Below, piece by piece: positions 8,323-16,889 of a DNA stretch of 36,677 bases (position 1 is its first letter; every line of letters starts with the position of its first letter). The notes below the pieces were generated by a model. The model did no database searches. It saw only the letters and a list, made by a program, of their open reading frames with translations, and had not been told where the DNA came from. The position numbers were made by a program, and so were the translations under genes. Origin of the DNA: a virus. Its lineage: Duplodnaviria > Caudoviricetes. The stretch lies in IMG/VR virus record IMGVR_UViG_3300034170_000065, positions 1 to 36,677 of that record. One strand, given 5' to 3'.

Positions 8323-9167
8323 GCCTGGGGCATAAGCCCCACGGCTCGCCCCAGCGCCCCGCCACGCCTGATTTTTTGTTTGTTGAGGTCGATGATCAGC
8401 CTCAGGCGAAAAAAACGCCCCAGGTACGCAACCGCAAGCCACGCCGCAAGTTTGAAGCGCACGAAAGAGGTATGGCCCGCCAGTTGGTGGTTGGCTCATT
8501 CCTCGGGCCTCAGTTCTACAGGGAGGACGACGGCAGCTATGTCGCCCCCTATACCACCGAAACAACCCGCGACGCGTTCCCCCGCCGCTTGCTCGAGGAA
8601 CTGGTCGTTTGCCCGACTGAGGGCGGCCCTGATGGCCGCTTGCCTGCTGACTACGTGGCCGGCCTGGCTCGAGGAACCACCCGCATGATCGCAAGCGAAA
8701 CGCGGCCAAAGAAGAAAGGCGCCATTCCCCTCGGCCCGTTTGCTTTTCAGGATGCCCACGTCGTCAAGGTGGTCGGCAGCATGGCCACGGAATACGGCCA
8801 GTGGCTGCGCTACGGCTATGGCGACTCTAAGGAATGGGCCGATGAGGCCGGGCTCGTTGTCGCGCTGTGGGCTCGCCTCGAGCCGAAGCTCGGAAAAATC
8901 CAGGCAAAGACGCGAAAACTTGTGCAGGCCCTCGCCCACCTCGCCGTGCAGAACTTCCGATCGCTGGTCAATAGCGAGCGCACCGTCCACCCGGCCTGGC
9001 GCTTGCGCGAGCTCCTGGGCGTGTCTGAGTCGAATTGGGATCAGCACTGGGCAAAGCGCTGGCAGCTTTGCGAGGACGAGCTCTGGCTGCTTGATGGCGA
9101 GGCCCTGGCGGATCTGCTGAAACGCTTGGACGGGTACGAGTTCGTTTTGGTCGATCGGGGGCTCTGA
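8301..9167 (+). CDS. Q: Late antiterminator Q-like protein
   Basis: WLRYGYGD and C-terminal HTH LRELLGVSESNWDQHWAKRW; upstream of a promoter-terminator pair and the lysis genes. Confidence 0.75.
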   Translation: MEARQVLSLGHKPHGSPQRPATPDFLFVEVDDQPQAKKTPQVRNRKPRRKFEAHERGMARQLVVGSFLGPQFYREDDGSYVAPYTTETTRDAFPRRLLEELVVCPTEGGPDGRLPADYVAGLARGTTRMIASETRPKKKGAIPLGPFAFQDAHVVKVVGSMATEYGQWLRYGYGDSKEWADEAGLVVALWARLEPKLGKIQAKTRKLVQALAHLAVQNFRSLVNSERTVHPAWRLRELLGVSESNWDQHWAKRWQLCEDELWLLDGEALADLLKRLDGYEFVLVDRGL

Positions 9168-9168
9168 A

Positions 9169-9492
9169 ATGGTCACGCCTGTTACGCTTTGCCGTCACTG
9201 CGGCTCGGAGCCTGTAGAGCGCCACGATACCGCTACCGACCGAACGTTGGTCGCGTGCTCGGGTTGCCGGGCTCGAGGCGCTGCAAGCCTGTCAGTTGGT
9301 TACGCTCGGTCGACCTGGCGACTTGTAAACGACGAGACGCTCCCGGACCACGGCTGCAAGAAATCCGCCCCGCCTCGGTTCTTTCAGCGGGAGGCGCTGT
9401 GGGGTTGGTATTGTGGCGGCTGTAATGAGCAGGAGCCGGGATTCTCAACCCTTGAGGGTGCTGTCGCTGGCTGGATGCGCTCAACTCGATAA
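9169..9492 (+). CDS. Double zinc-ribbon protein, Lar (restriction alleviation)-like
   Basis: CRHCG..CSGC..W and a second HGC..CGGC..AVAGW unit. Confidence 0.55.
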   Translation: MVTPVTLCRHCGSEPVERHDTATDRTLVACSGCRARGAASLSVGYARSTWRLVNDETLPDHGCKKSAPPRFFQREALWGWYCGGCNEQEPGFSTLEGAVAGWMRSTR

Positions 9493-9493
9493 A

Positions 9494-9533
9494 GCGTATT
9501 TGCGCAAAAACGCTTATACGCTTTTGCGTAAAA
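9494..9533. repeat. 8-bp tandem array 2 (GCGTATTT GCGCAAAA ACGCTTAT ACGCTTTT GCGTAAAA)
   Basis: Same RCGY-W4 period as the other arrays. Confidence 0.75.
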
Positions 9534-9545
9534 CCGGAGAAACGT

Positions 9546-9836
9546 ATGAATGTTCCTGAGTTGGAAAATTTTCTAAAGGGCCTGTTGCGCGGGGAATTCT
9601 CTAATCTGACCATATCGTTCAATGAGCACAGCGATTCCCGCCTGACGGCTGAGAAGGCCGTCGAGTATGGCGACTATGATCGCGTGCAGTGGGTGAGCGA
9701 CGAGGAGAAGGTCAGAGCTATCGAGGCGAATAGCGTTTGGATGCTGCAATGGTATCCAGACACGCCCATCGGATCTCATACGATCGCAGCGTCGACTTTG
9801 ACCGCTTGCCTGGATGCTCTACAGGACTTTAAGTGA
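9546..9836 (+). CDS. Hypothetical phage protein
   Basis: GGAG RBS; WMLQWYPDTPIG motif. Confidence 0.75.
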   Translation: MNVPELENFLKGLLRGEFSNLTISFNEHSDSRLTAEKAVEYGDYDRVQWVSDEEKVRAIEANSVWMLQWYPDTPIGSHTIAASTLTACLDALQDFK

Positions 9837-9855
9837 ATAAATATTGTGAAAAGGC

Positions 9856-9884
9856 TTGCAAAAGTAAGGGCAAAAAGCTAAATT
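9856..9884 (+). promoter_or_regulatory. Late promoter (pR'-like) TTGCAA-N17-TAAATT
   Basis: Near-consensus hexamers with 17-nt spacer, immediately followed by a terminator. Confidence 0.72.
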
Positions 9885-9912
9885 ATCCACTCTGACACAA
9901 GACCGTACCAAT

Positions 9913-9936
9913 AAACCCGCAAATAGCGGGTTTTTT
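9913..9936 (+). terminator. tR'-like terminator 1
   Basis: AAACCCGC-aaata-GCGGGTTTTTT. Confidence 0.8.
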
Positions 9937-9957
9937 CGTTTTTGAGTCTTCAATTTG

Positions 9958-9983
9958 AGCCCCGCCCCTGTGCGGGGCTTTTT
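9958..9983 (+). terminator. Terminator 2 before the holin
   Basis: AGCCCCGC-ccctgt-GCGGGGCTTTTT. Confidence 0.75.
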
Positions 9984-10001
9984 CGTTTCTGGAGGCCCTC
10001 A

Positions 10002-10256
10002 ATGGTGGGCAAAGATGTCGTTTCGACAGTAGCGGTCGCGAACGTCTCCGCCGGAGCGGAGGCCGCCAAGCTGGCCCCGCTCGCTGCTGCGTTCACCATC
10101 GGCGGCCTGACCCCGTTCGATCTGGCTTATATCCTCGCCGCCGCTTACTCGGTGATCCTGATCCTGCATTTCGTTGTGGGAAAATGGATCATGCCAGTGT
10201 GGCGAATGCTGCGTGATAAGCGCGCCGCTCGAGGCGCAGCGGGTGGCGGTCAATGA
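10002..10256 (+). CDS. Holin (probable)
   Basis: 84 aa, hydrophobic segments, basic C-terminus, GGAGG RBS, directly before the endolysin. Confidence 0.75.
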   Translation: MVGKDVVSTVAVANVSAGAEAAKLAPLAAAFTIGGLTPFDLAYILAAAYSVILILHFVVGKWIMPVWRMLRDKRAARGAAGGGQ

Positions 10257-10801
10257 CGCTCATTCAGCGGATCATTGCGGCGGTCACGTTGTCGCTGGCT
10301 GCTGCGGGCTTCACCGTCAACGAGACGGGCCTGCCCGCTCCGGTTGAGCGTGCGGCAATCATCGCGGGTTTGATGATCCTCACGCCTGAAATGGAAGGGA
10401 CGGTCTACGAGGCCTACCCCGACACGGGCGGCGTCTGGACGATCTGCACCGGCCATACGAAAGGTGTGCGCCGTGGAGACGTGGCCACCCCTACCGAGTG
10501 CGCCGCGTACTTGCAGGGTGATATGGGCGGAGCGGTCGATTTTGTGATGCGCGCAGTTCCAGGGGCGACGATCTGGCAAAAGATCGCCATGGCCGATTTT
10601 GTCTACAACGTCGGGGCCGCCGCCTTTATTAAGTCGACGATGTACAGGCTGGCGATCGCTGGGCAGTGGGTTCCCGCTGCTGAGCAGTTCCGGCGCTGGA
10701 TGTTTGTCGCGGGCCTCGACTGTCGAATCCCGGCGAACAACTGCCAGGGCATCCCCAAGCGGCGCGAAGTGCAGCGCTCTCTCTTTCTGGTGGGCCAATG
10801 A
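10253..10801 (+). CDS. Endolysin, GH24 lysozyme with SAR-like N-terminus
   Basis: EG..YEAYPDTGGVWTICTGHT (E-8x-D-5x-T triad); FVYNVG; RREVQRSLF. Confidence 0.92.
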   Translation: MTLIQRIIAAVTLSLAAAGFTVNETGLPAPVERAAIIAGLMILTPEMEGTVYEAYPDTGGVWTICTGHTKGVRRGDVATPTECAAYLQGDMGGAVDFVMRAVPGATIWQKIAMADFVYNVGAAAFIKSTMYRLAIAGQWVPAAEQFRRWMFVAGLDCRIPANNCQGIPKRREVQRSLFLVGQ

Positions 10802-11325
10802 AAGTATTCAACATTTGGTTGGTCGGGCTTATCTGCGCGGCGCTGATCTTCTGCACGGGCGCCCTGTTCGGTTCGTGGTACGAGACGCGGGCGGCCAAGA
10901 ACCTCGAGGTAAAGCAGGTGCGCGATGCCTTCGAGCAAGGCATGGCCCTCGGCACGGTGAAAGAGTCCGTGGTTACCGAGTACGTCGACCGCATTGTCAC
11001 GGTTTACAAGACCGGGGCGACCATTACGAAAGAGGTGCCGATTTATGTTTCCAAGGCTGCTGACGCATCCTGTGTGGTTCCTAATGGCTTTGTCCGGTTG
11101 CACGACGCTGGTGCCGCAAGCGTGCCAGTTTCCGGAGGCCCCCGCGTCACTGATGACGCCGGCTCGGGAATTACGCTCTCTACCGTCGCCGAAACCGTCG
11201 TCGACAATTACACCGACTGCCGGGCCAACGCTGAGCAGTTAAGCAAACTTCAAAAGTGGGCGCGTGATTCTCACGGCGTAACGAGTGGAGGTGTGAATGG
11301 CTCGCAAAACGTACCGGGCAAGTGA
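10798..11325 (+). CDS. Rz-like i-spanin
   Basis: N-terminal TM; TEYVDRIVTV..KEVPIYV..CVVPNGFVRLHD. Confidence 0.8.
   Translation: MKVFNIWLVGLICAALIFCTGALFGSWYETRAAKNLEVKQVRDAFEQGMALGTVKESVVTEYVDRIVTVYKTGATITKEVPIYVSKAADASCVVPNGFVRLHDAGAASVPVSGGPRVTDDAGSGITLSTVAETVVDNYTDCRANAEQLSKLQKWARDSHGVTSGGVNGSQNVPGK
11045..11242 (+). CDS. Rz1-like o-spanin lipoprotein embedded in Rz (+1 frame)
   Basis: Signal peptide with lipobox LSG-C, Pro-rich mature part, GAGG RBS. Confidence 0.75.
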   Translation: MFPRLLTHPVWFLMALSGCTTLVPQACQFPEAPASLMTPARELRSLPSPKPSSTITPTAGPTLSS

Positions 11326-11599
11326 GCTGCGGGCAGGGTTGACGGTTTTCGTTTCTTGTTTCGATTGGGCGTCTCGCGCCGGCGTTGGCCGGGTAGAGGT
11401 TCATTTGATCGGCTCGGAGCGTGATCGCATGCCCGCGCCTGGCGAGATCTTTCCCTATCGGGTAAGGCCATCTTGCGCGCGCGCCGGCCTGATTGACGGC
11501 GGCGCCGTATTTTTCAAAACCCGACGCGCCGCACAGCGAGACGCTGATCAGCGTGCAAGGGAATTCAACGCGGCCAGGCGCCGAAATGGAGTTGTGTAG
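11297..11599 (+). CDS. Hypothetical protein
   Basis: GGAGGT RBS; coupled to the next gene. Confidence 0.65.
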   Translation: MARKTYRASELRAGLTVFVSCFDWASRAGVGRVEVHLIGSERDRMPAPGEIFPYRVRPSCARAGLIDGGAVFFKTRRAAQRDADQRAREFNAARRRNGVV

Positions 11600-12027
11600 T
11601 GATTGACCAAGAGCGACGCGTCGAAGCAATTATCGTTGGTGCTGGCCTTACCGCGCCCCGCCTTACGCCGGCCATGATCGATCAGCTTATGGCCGGGGTC
11701 ACCTACTCGACGCACGTTGTGCCTGGCACGACGACTACCGTTGCTTACGCCATTGCGCCGAGCGGGTTCGTGCTCTGCATTGGCGAGAGTGCGTGCGCCA
11801 GCCCGGAGAACTTCAACCCGACGCTCGGCATTGAGATCGCCTTGACCAAGGCGCGAGGCCTGGCTCGGGATAAGTTGTGGGAGCTCGAGGGCTACCGACT
11901 CAAGCAGGCGTTGCATGAGGTCAGCACCGGCAGCGCCACCCAGGCGCTCGAGCAGATCCGCGCCGTGCTGAGCCGTGGCGTGGTGAGCAAGGCCGAGGCC
12001 GTGGCCGCCGAGCGCGACAACGCCTGA
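11599..12027 (+). CDS. Phage Gp49-family (N4 gp49/Sf6 gp66-like) protein
   Basis: APRLTP..GESACASPENFN..IG..A.DKLWELEGY signature. Confidence 0.8.
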   Translation: MIDQERRVEAIIVGAGLTAPRLTPAMIDQLMAGVTYSTHVVPGTTTTVAYAIAPSGFVLCIGESACASPENFNPTLGIEIALTKARGLARDKLWELEGYRLKQALHEVSTGSATQALEQIRAVLSRGVVSKAEAVAAERDNA

Positions 12028-12069
12028 CCCAGCCCGCTACGCACCATCGTGGTGCGTCCTGGTGCTTTT

Positions 12070-12115
12070 GGGTCCTCCCCCCGCCCCCCCGCACCTCACG
12101 GGTCGTAAACTCGCG
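12070..12115 (+). other. Putative cos site: cosQ-like GGGTCCT (12070-12076) and cosN-like CACGGGTCGTAAACTCGCG (12097-12115)
   Basis: Resembles the lambda arrangement GGGTCCT..ACG-GGGCGGCGACCT-CGCG; non-coding gap upstream of terS. Confidence 0.6.
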
Positions 12116-12230
12116 GCCCTCGCGCGAGTCTGGTGTTTTTTTTCAGGTCCTTACTTCCTTACTTGAGGCCCCCGGCTAGCTGCGACCCACTTGACCGTGA
12201 GGCCAGGCGCTGCGGGGCCTCAGCCCATTT

Positions 12231-12298
12231 ACGCATAAGCGCAAAAACGCAAAAACGCAAAGGACTAGAAACGTCTTTGCGCTTTTGCGTTTTTCCGT
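12231..12298. repeat. 8-bp array 3, inverted: four forward units, 12-bp spacer, three reverse units
   Basis: ACGCATAA GCGCAAAA ACGCAAAA ACGCAAAG ... CTTTGCGC TTTTGCGT TTTTCCGT. Confidence 0.8.
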
Positions 12299-12314
12299 TT
12301 TGGTCCTTTCTCCC

Positions 12315-12902
12315 ATGGGCAAGATCATCAGCAAAAAAGAGCTTTCCGATCTGATCGGAAAGTCTGAGCGCTGGATCACGAACCTGATCGACGACGGCCT
12401 GCCTGTGGCCGGCGGCGGAGGGAAGGGCGTCGCGCTACAGATCGACAGCCAGGCGGCGATTGAGTGGCTGATCGCCCAGGCGCTCCGCAAGGAAATAGGC
12501 GATGAGGATGACGAAGACGGCGGCGCCGGTTCGGCCTCGTCTGAGGATCGGATGCTCAAGCGTGCCCGCCGCGAAAAACTGCAGATCGAAATCGACTACG
12601 CCCGGGGCCGCCTTGTGCCGGTCAATGCCGTGGTGTTCTTCCACACCACCATAGCGGCGGTGTTCGCCACGCAGCTTGATTCGGTGGCGAGCCGGCTGGC
12701 CAGTGACTTAGCGGTGATCGATGAGCCTGCCAAAATTCGAGCTCGACTATTTGAAGAAATGCGGCGCATTCGAGCCGCTACTGCCGACCGACTTGAACAA
12801 AGGTCACTTGAGCTCATTGCTCAAGTTGGCCAGCTCCGTAGCGACGGCGGCGACGATGGTGAAGGCTCCGCCCCCGAGGACAGCGGACGAATGGGCGCGT
12901 GA
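12315..12902 (+). CDS. Terminase small subunit (Nu1-like)
   Basis: ISKKELSDLIGKSERWITNLIDDGLP winged HTH; coiled coil; RGRLVPV. Confidence 0.88.
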   Translation: MGKIISKKELSDLIGKSERWITNLIDDGLPVAGGGGKGVALQIDSQAAIEWLIAQALRKEIGDEDDEDGGAGSASSEDRMLKRARREKLQIEIDYARGRLVPVNAVVFFHTTIAAVFATQLDSVASRLASDLAVIDEPAKIRARLFEEMRRIRAATADRLEQRSLELIAQVGQLRSDGGDDGEGSAPEDSGRMGA

Positions 12903-14826
12903 TAACCGCATAATGCCACCATCTGCGCCGATCCCGGGGCCGTTCAACCCGGACACGAACCCCTACATGCGCCCGGTAGCCTGGGCATTTGCGCAGCCCT
13001 GCTTTAGCCGCGTCACCTTTGTGATGGGAACGCAGATGGGTAAGTCGGTCACCATGGAAAACATCTGTGGCCACCGGCTTGACGAAGACCCTACGCCGAT
13101 CATGTATGTCGCACCCACGGCGCCGCTGCTTAAAAGCACGGTCGTTCCTAAGTTCATGGACATGATCAACGGCGCGGCCTCGCTGCTGAAAAAGCTCGAT
13201 GTTGGCCGGTCGACGACATTCGTGAAATGGCTCGCCGGCACAAAGCTCCGCTTTGCCTGGGCGGGCTCGCCGACTGAGTTGGCTGCGGACTCCGCCGGCT
13301 TGATCCTCGTCGACGAGGTTGACCGGATCGTCAACACCAGCGAAGGCGACACCACCGAGATAATCGAGGCCCGAGGCGATGCCTACGTCGACTCGAAAGT
13401 CGGCTACACGGCCACGCCAACCGCCGGCAAGGTCACCAAGCGCCCGCACGAAACCACCGGCCTCTGGCACTGGCAGAAGGGCAAGGCCACTGCAATTCGG
13501 TCCAAGGTCTGGCAGTTGTGGCAGTCCGGAACGCGCCATGAATGGGCGGTCCCGTGCCCTGAGTGCGGGAAGTACTTCATTCCGTGGAGTGACCTTCTGT
13601 GGTGGCCCGGCAAGGGGTCTGCGGAGGAATGCACGCCAGACGATGCCGAACAGCACGCCCGGCTTGTCTGCCCTAACACCGGCTGCATGATCGAGGACAA
13701 GTGGCGGCCCTGGATGAATGCCAGGGGCGTAGCCGTCGCCCCCGGTGAGTCAGTCAGCAAAAAAGGCCAGATCGAAGGCATAGCAGAGACTGCGGGCTTT
13801 ACGCATTACTCGATCTGGATCTCGGGCATGTGCAGCTTCGCGGCAAAAAAATCGTATGGCTTCCTCGCCAAAAAGCTACTCGGCGCCCAAATCTCGGGCG
13901 ATCCGGCGACGTTGCAGGGCGTACTAAACACGGGTTTCGGCGAGTGCTACGCCGAGGCGGGCGACGCGCCGAGCTGGGAGGAGATCAAGGGTATGCGCTA
14001 CGGCTACGCAGAGGGCGAGATCCTGCTCGCGCCTCGCAAGATGTATTGCACGATCGACGTGCAGAAAAACCGCCTCGTCTACGTTATCCGGGCATGGTAC
14101 GTGGGGCTTGCGTCAGCGCTGGTTGAGCATGGCGAGCTGTGGGGCGATACCGATCAGGATGAAGTGTGGGACAGCCTGGGCGATCTGATTGATACGGAAT
14201 ACGCCGGGCACACCATCGATCAAACCGGTATCGATATCGGTTACCGGGACGATCAGGTTTATCGCTTTATCAACGAGCACAAGGGCAAGGCAGTTGCCTT
14301 GCGTGGTCGTGATCGCCTCGACAAGCCCTTCAAAAAAGAGCTCGTCGAAGTCAGCAAGCAGGGCAAGGTTCGTAAGCGCGGTGACGCGCGGTGGGCCTTT
14401 GACTCGCCACTGGCCAAGCGTTGGGTGCATAGCCGTTTTGGCCGGCCCGATACCCGGCCCGGATGGTGGATCGTTCACCAGCAAGTCACCGACGACTACT
14501 GCAAGCAGTTGGTAGGCGAGGAGTGGAGGGAGGCCGAGGGGCGATTTGCCCAGGTCGGCGAAAACCATTACCTCGACTGTGAGGCGATGCAGTACGTCAT
14601 GGCGCTGCGCGACAAGTTGCAGCGCACGAAGGTCGGCGCGCTGACCCTGGCCCAGCTCAAGCAGGCGTTGCGCGGCACGCCAGACGAGCCGCTGCCGTCT
14701 GACCCGGCAGACGCTCAAGCCACCACGGTGGCCAAGCCGGTAGAGGAGTGGGGCAAGGCTTCGCTGGCTCCTGAAAAGGCTCCTCCGGTTAAAAAGCGCT
14801 TCCGCGTCAAGAAAGCCAGCCGGTAA
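12808..14826 (+). CDS. Terminase large subunit (lambda GpA family); start uncertain
   Basis: ADEWA, PGPF..NPY, GTQMGKS Walker A, LILVDEVD Walker B, VPCPECG, IDVQ, NHYLDC. Confidence 0.93.
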   Translation: MSSLLKLASSVATAATMVKAPPPRTADEWARDNRIMPPSAPIPGPFNPDTNPYMRPVAWAFAQPCFSRVTFVMGTQMGKSVTMENICGHRLDEDPTPIMYVAPTAPLLKSTVVPKFMDMINGAASLLKKLDVGRSTTFVKWLAGTKLRFAWAGSPTELAADSAGLILVDEVDRIVNTSEGDTTEIIEARGDAYVDSKVGYTATPTAGKVTKRPHETTGLWHWQKGKATAIRSKVWQLWQSGTRHEWAVPCPECGKYFIPWSDLLWWPGKGSAEECTPDDAEQHARLVCPNTGCMIEDKWRPWMNARGVAVAPGESVSKKGQIEGIAETAGFTHYSIWISGMCSFAAKKSYGFLAKKLLGAQISGDPATLQGVLNTGFGECYAEAGDAPSWEEIKGMRYGYAEGEILLAPRKMYCTIDVQKNRLVYVIRAWYVGLASALVEHGELWGDTDQDEVWDSLGDLIDTEYAGHTIDQTGIDIGYRDDQVYRFINEHKGKAVALRGRDRLDKPFKKELVEVSKQGKVRKRGDARWAFDSPLAKRWVHSRFGRPDTRPGWWIVHQQVTDDYCKQLVGEEWREAEGRFAQVGENHYLDCEAMQYVMALRDKLQRTKVGALTLAQLKQALRGTPDEPLPSDPADAQATTVAKPVEEWGKASLAPEKAPPVKKRFRVKKASR

Positions 14827-14859
14827 GGCGATCGCCTGCCGGCCTATCGGGATGAATCC

Positions 14860-15372
14860 ATGGAACCAATCAACCTACACGCCGGTGATTCCGTCGAGTG
14901 GTCGCGCGTCGTGCCGGCCTACACGTCGGACCTGGGCTGGGCGCTGCACTACGTGCTTAACGGTCCTGAGCGATACGAGATTGCGGCCACTGGTGGCGCG
15001 GCCTACGGCGTGCGCCTTTCGGCTGCTAATACCGCCGGTTGGGCGCCTGGGCTTTACCGCTGGGTGGCCATGGTCGTTAAGGGCGATGAGCGCGTAACGG
15101 TGGATACCGGGACGATTCAAATCGAACCCAATTGGGAGACCGCTTCGCCGGTTGACGTGAGGACTCACGCCGCCCGAATGGTCGCCTTGATCGAGGCGGC
15201 GCTCGAGAAGCGCATCCCGAAGGATCAGCAGAGTTACGAAATAGACGGCCAGCGCCTCGACCGCATCCCGGTCGAGCGCCTCCGTGAGTTGCGTATGCAG
15301 TACCAGCGCGAACTTGGAAGTCAACGCCGCCCAGGCGGCCCCACCGGTCGCAAGATCAGAGCAAGGCTATAG
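14860..15372 (+). CDS. Head completion protein (gpW-like C-terminus with N-terminal extension)
   Basis: QSYEIDGQRLDR..LRELR between terL and portal. Confidence 0.65.
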   Translation: MEPINLHAGDSVEWSRVVPAYTSDLGWALHYVLNGPERYEIAATGGAAYGVRLSAANTAGWAPGLYRWVAMVVKGDERVTVDTGTIQIEPNWETASPVDVRTHAARMVALIEAALEKRIPKDQQSYEIDGQRLDRIPVERLRELRMQYQRELGSQRRPGGPTGRKIRARL

Positions 15373-15374
15373 CC

Positions 15375-16889
15375 ATGAAATTTCTCCAGCGGATGTTTTC
15401 GGCGAACGCTTCACCACCGCCGAGAGCGGAGCGGGTGGAGCCGGAGATCGGAGGCCGGGTAGGAAAGCGCAGTTTTACGGCGGCTCAACGTGGACGGCTG
15501 ACGCATAGCTGGGACATGCGGACCACCAGCGCAGACGCGAATCAGGAAATTTACCGGGACCACCAAACGCTGCGAGCTCGAGCTCGAGAGCAGTCGATCA
15601 ACAGCCCATATGCAAAGCGCTTTTACCGGCTGCTTAAGCAAAACGTGATAGGTGCTTTCGGGATCGCGCTGCAATCAAAGGCGGTGATGGCCAGCGGTAC
15701 GCCCGATAAAAAAATGCGTCGGCTGATCGAAAAAGAATTTAAGAAGTTCTGCAAACACGGTAGCTGTGATGTGACCGGGCAGTACAGCTTTACGACCTTT
15801 ATGAACCTTTGGGTCGAGTGCCTTGCGCGCGATGGCGAGATTATGGTCAGGCTGCTTAGGAACTGGCCAAATCGCTGGGGGTTTGCTTTGCAGATCCTCG
15901 AAATTGACCGGCTCGATTCCGACCTAAACACCCTGCTCGATAACGGCAACATTATCCGAATGGGCGTTGAGCGTGATCGATGGGAGCGCCCGATAGCCTA
16001 TTGGCTGTTGCGCGACCACCCTGGCGATGTTTACCAGCGCGGCGAGGATCGCTATGAGCGAGTGCCTGCCACTGAATTGATTCACACGTTCGAGCCGTGG
16101 CGACCGCACCAAGCGCGTGGGTTTACGTGGACCCATGCCTCGGCTGTTGAGCTGCATCACCTTGACGAATACCGCCACGCGGAGCTGATAAAGTCTGAAA
16201 TGCAGGCGAAAGTCACCGGCCATTACGAGCAGGACGGCGAATGGCTGGAACCGCCAGGGGACGAGGAGGACGGCGGGGAGATCGAGGAGGGCGTCGAGGC
16301 GGGTGTTAGCAAGCTGCTCCCCTACGGGATCAAGTTCAAGCCGCTGCTGAGCAACTCCCCGACTCAGTTCGCACCCTTCACAAAGCAGAGTTTGCGCGGT
16401 ATCGCTGCTGGCTTCGGCCCGAGCTACAACCGCCTTGCTCACGACCTCGAGGGCGTCAGCTTCTCAAGTCTGCGCAGTGGTGAGCTCGACGAGCGCGACT
16501 TCTACAAGTCCACGCAGCAATTCGTCATTAGCTCGCTGCTCGATCGCGTAGGGGCCACTTGGCTGGCCATGTCGCAATTGAAGGGCGCCATTCCTATTCC
16601 GCCACGCAGCTTCGAGCGCTGTTCGGATCTGTGCTGGATACCACGCGGTTGGGATTGGGTGGACCCGCTCAAGGACAGCAAGGCCGCCACCGAGAGCATC
16701 GGCAACAAGACCAAATCGATTGGGTACTACGTCCGCCAGAGCGGCCAAGACCCCGACGATCATTGGGACGAGCTCGAGCGCGAACAAAACGAGCTGCGTC
16801 GGCGGGGCTTGTTGCCTCCGCTCGACGCGGCACCCGCCAAAAAGGAGCCGGTAAGTGCCGAAGAACAAAGCCTCCTCGACGAAGACTGA
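15375..16889 (+). CDS. Portal protein, lambda family
   Basis: LRARAR..NSPYA, GVERDRWERPIAYW, QARG, WDWVDPLKD. Confidence 0.93.
   Translation: MKFLQRMFSANASPPPRAERVEPEIGGRVGKRSFTAAQRGRLTHSWDMRTTSADANQEIYRDHQTLRARAREQSINSPYAKRFYRLLKQNVIGAFGIALQSKAVMASGTPDKKMRRLIEKEFKKFCKHGSCDVTGQYSFTTFMNLWVECLARDGEIMVRLLRNWPNRWGFALQILEIDRLDSDLNTLLDNGNIIRMGVERDRWERPIAYWLLRDHPGDVYQRGEDRYERVPATELIHTFEPWRPHQARGFTWTHASAVELHHLDEYRHAELIKSEMQAKVTGHYEQDGEWLEPPGDEEDGGEIEEGVEAGVSKLLPYGIKFKPLLSNSPTQFAPFTKQSLRGIAAGFGPSYNRLAHDLEGVSFSSLRSGELDERDFYKSTQQFVISSLLDRVGATWLAMSQLKGAIPIPPRSFERCSDLCWIPRGWDWVDPLKDSKAATESIGNKTKSIGYYVRQSGQDPDDHWDELEREQNELRRRGLLPPLDAAPAKKEPVSAEEQSLLDED

Noticed and set aside
7371-8462. 363-aa minus-strand ORF
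   Set aside because: Overlaps several coupled plus-strand genes; low-complexity Arg/Ala translation
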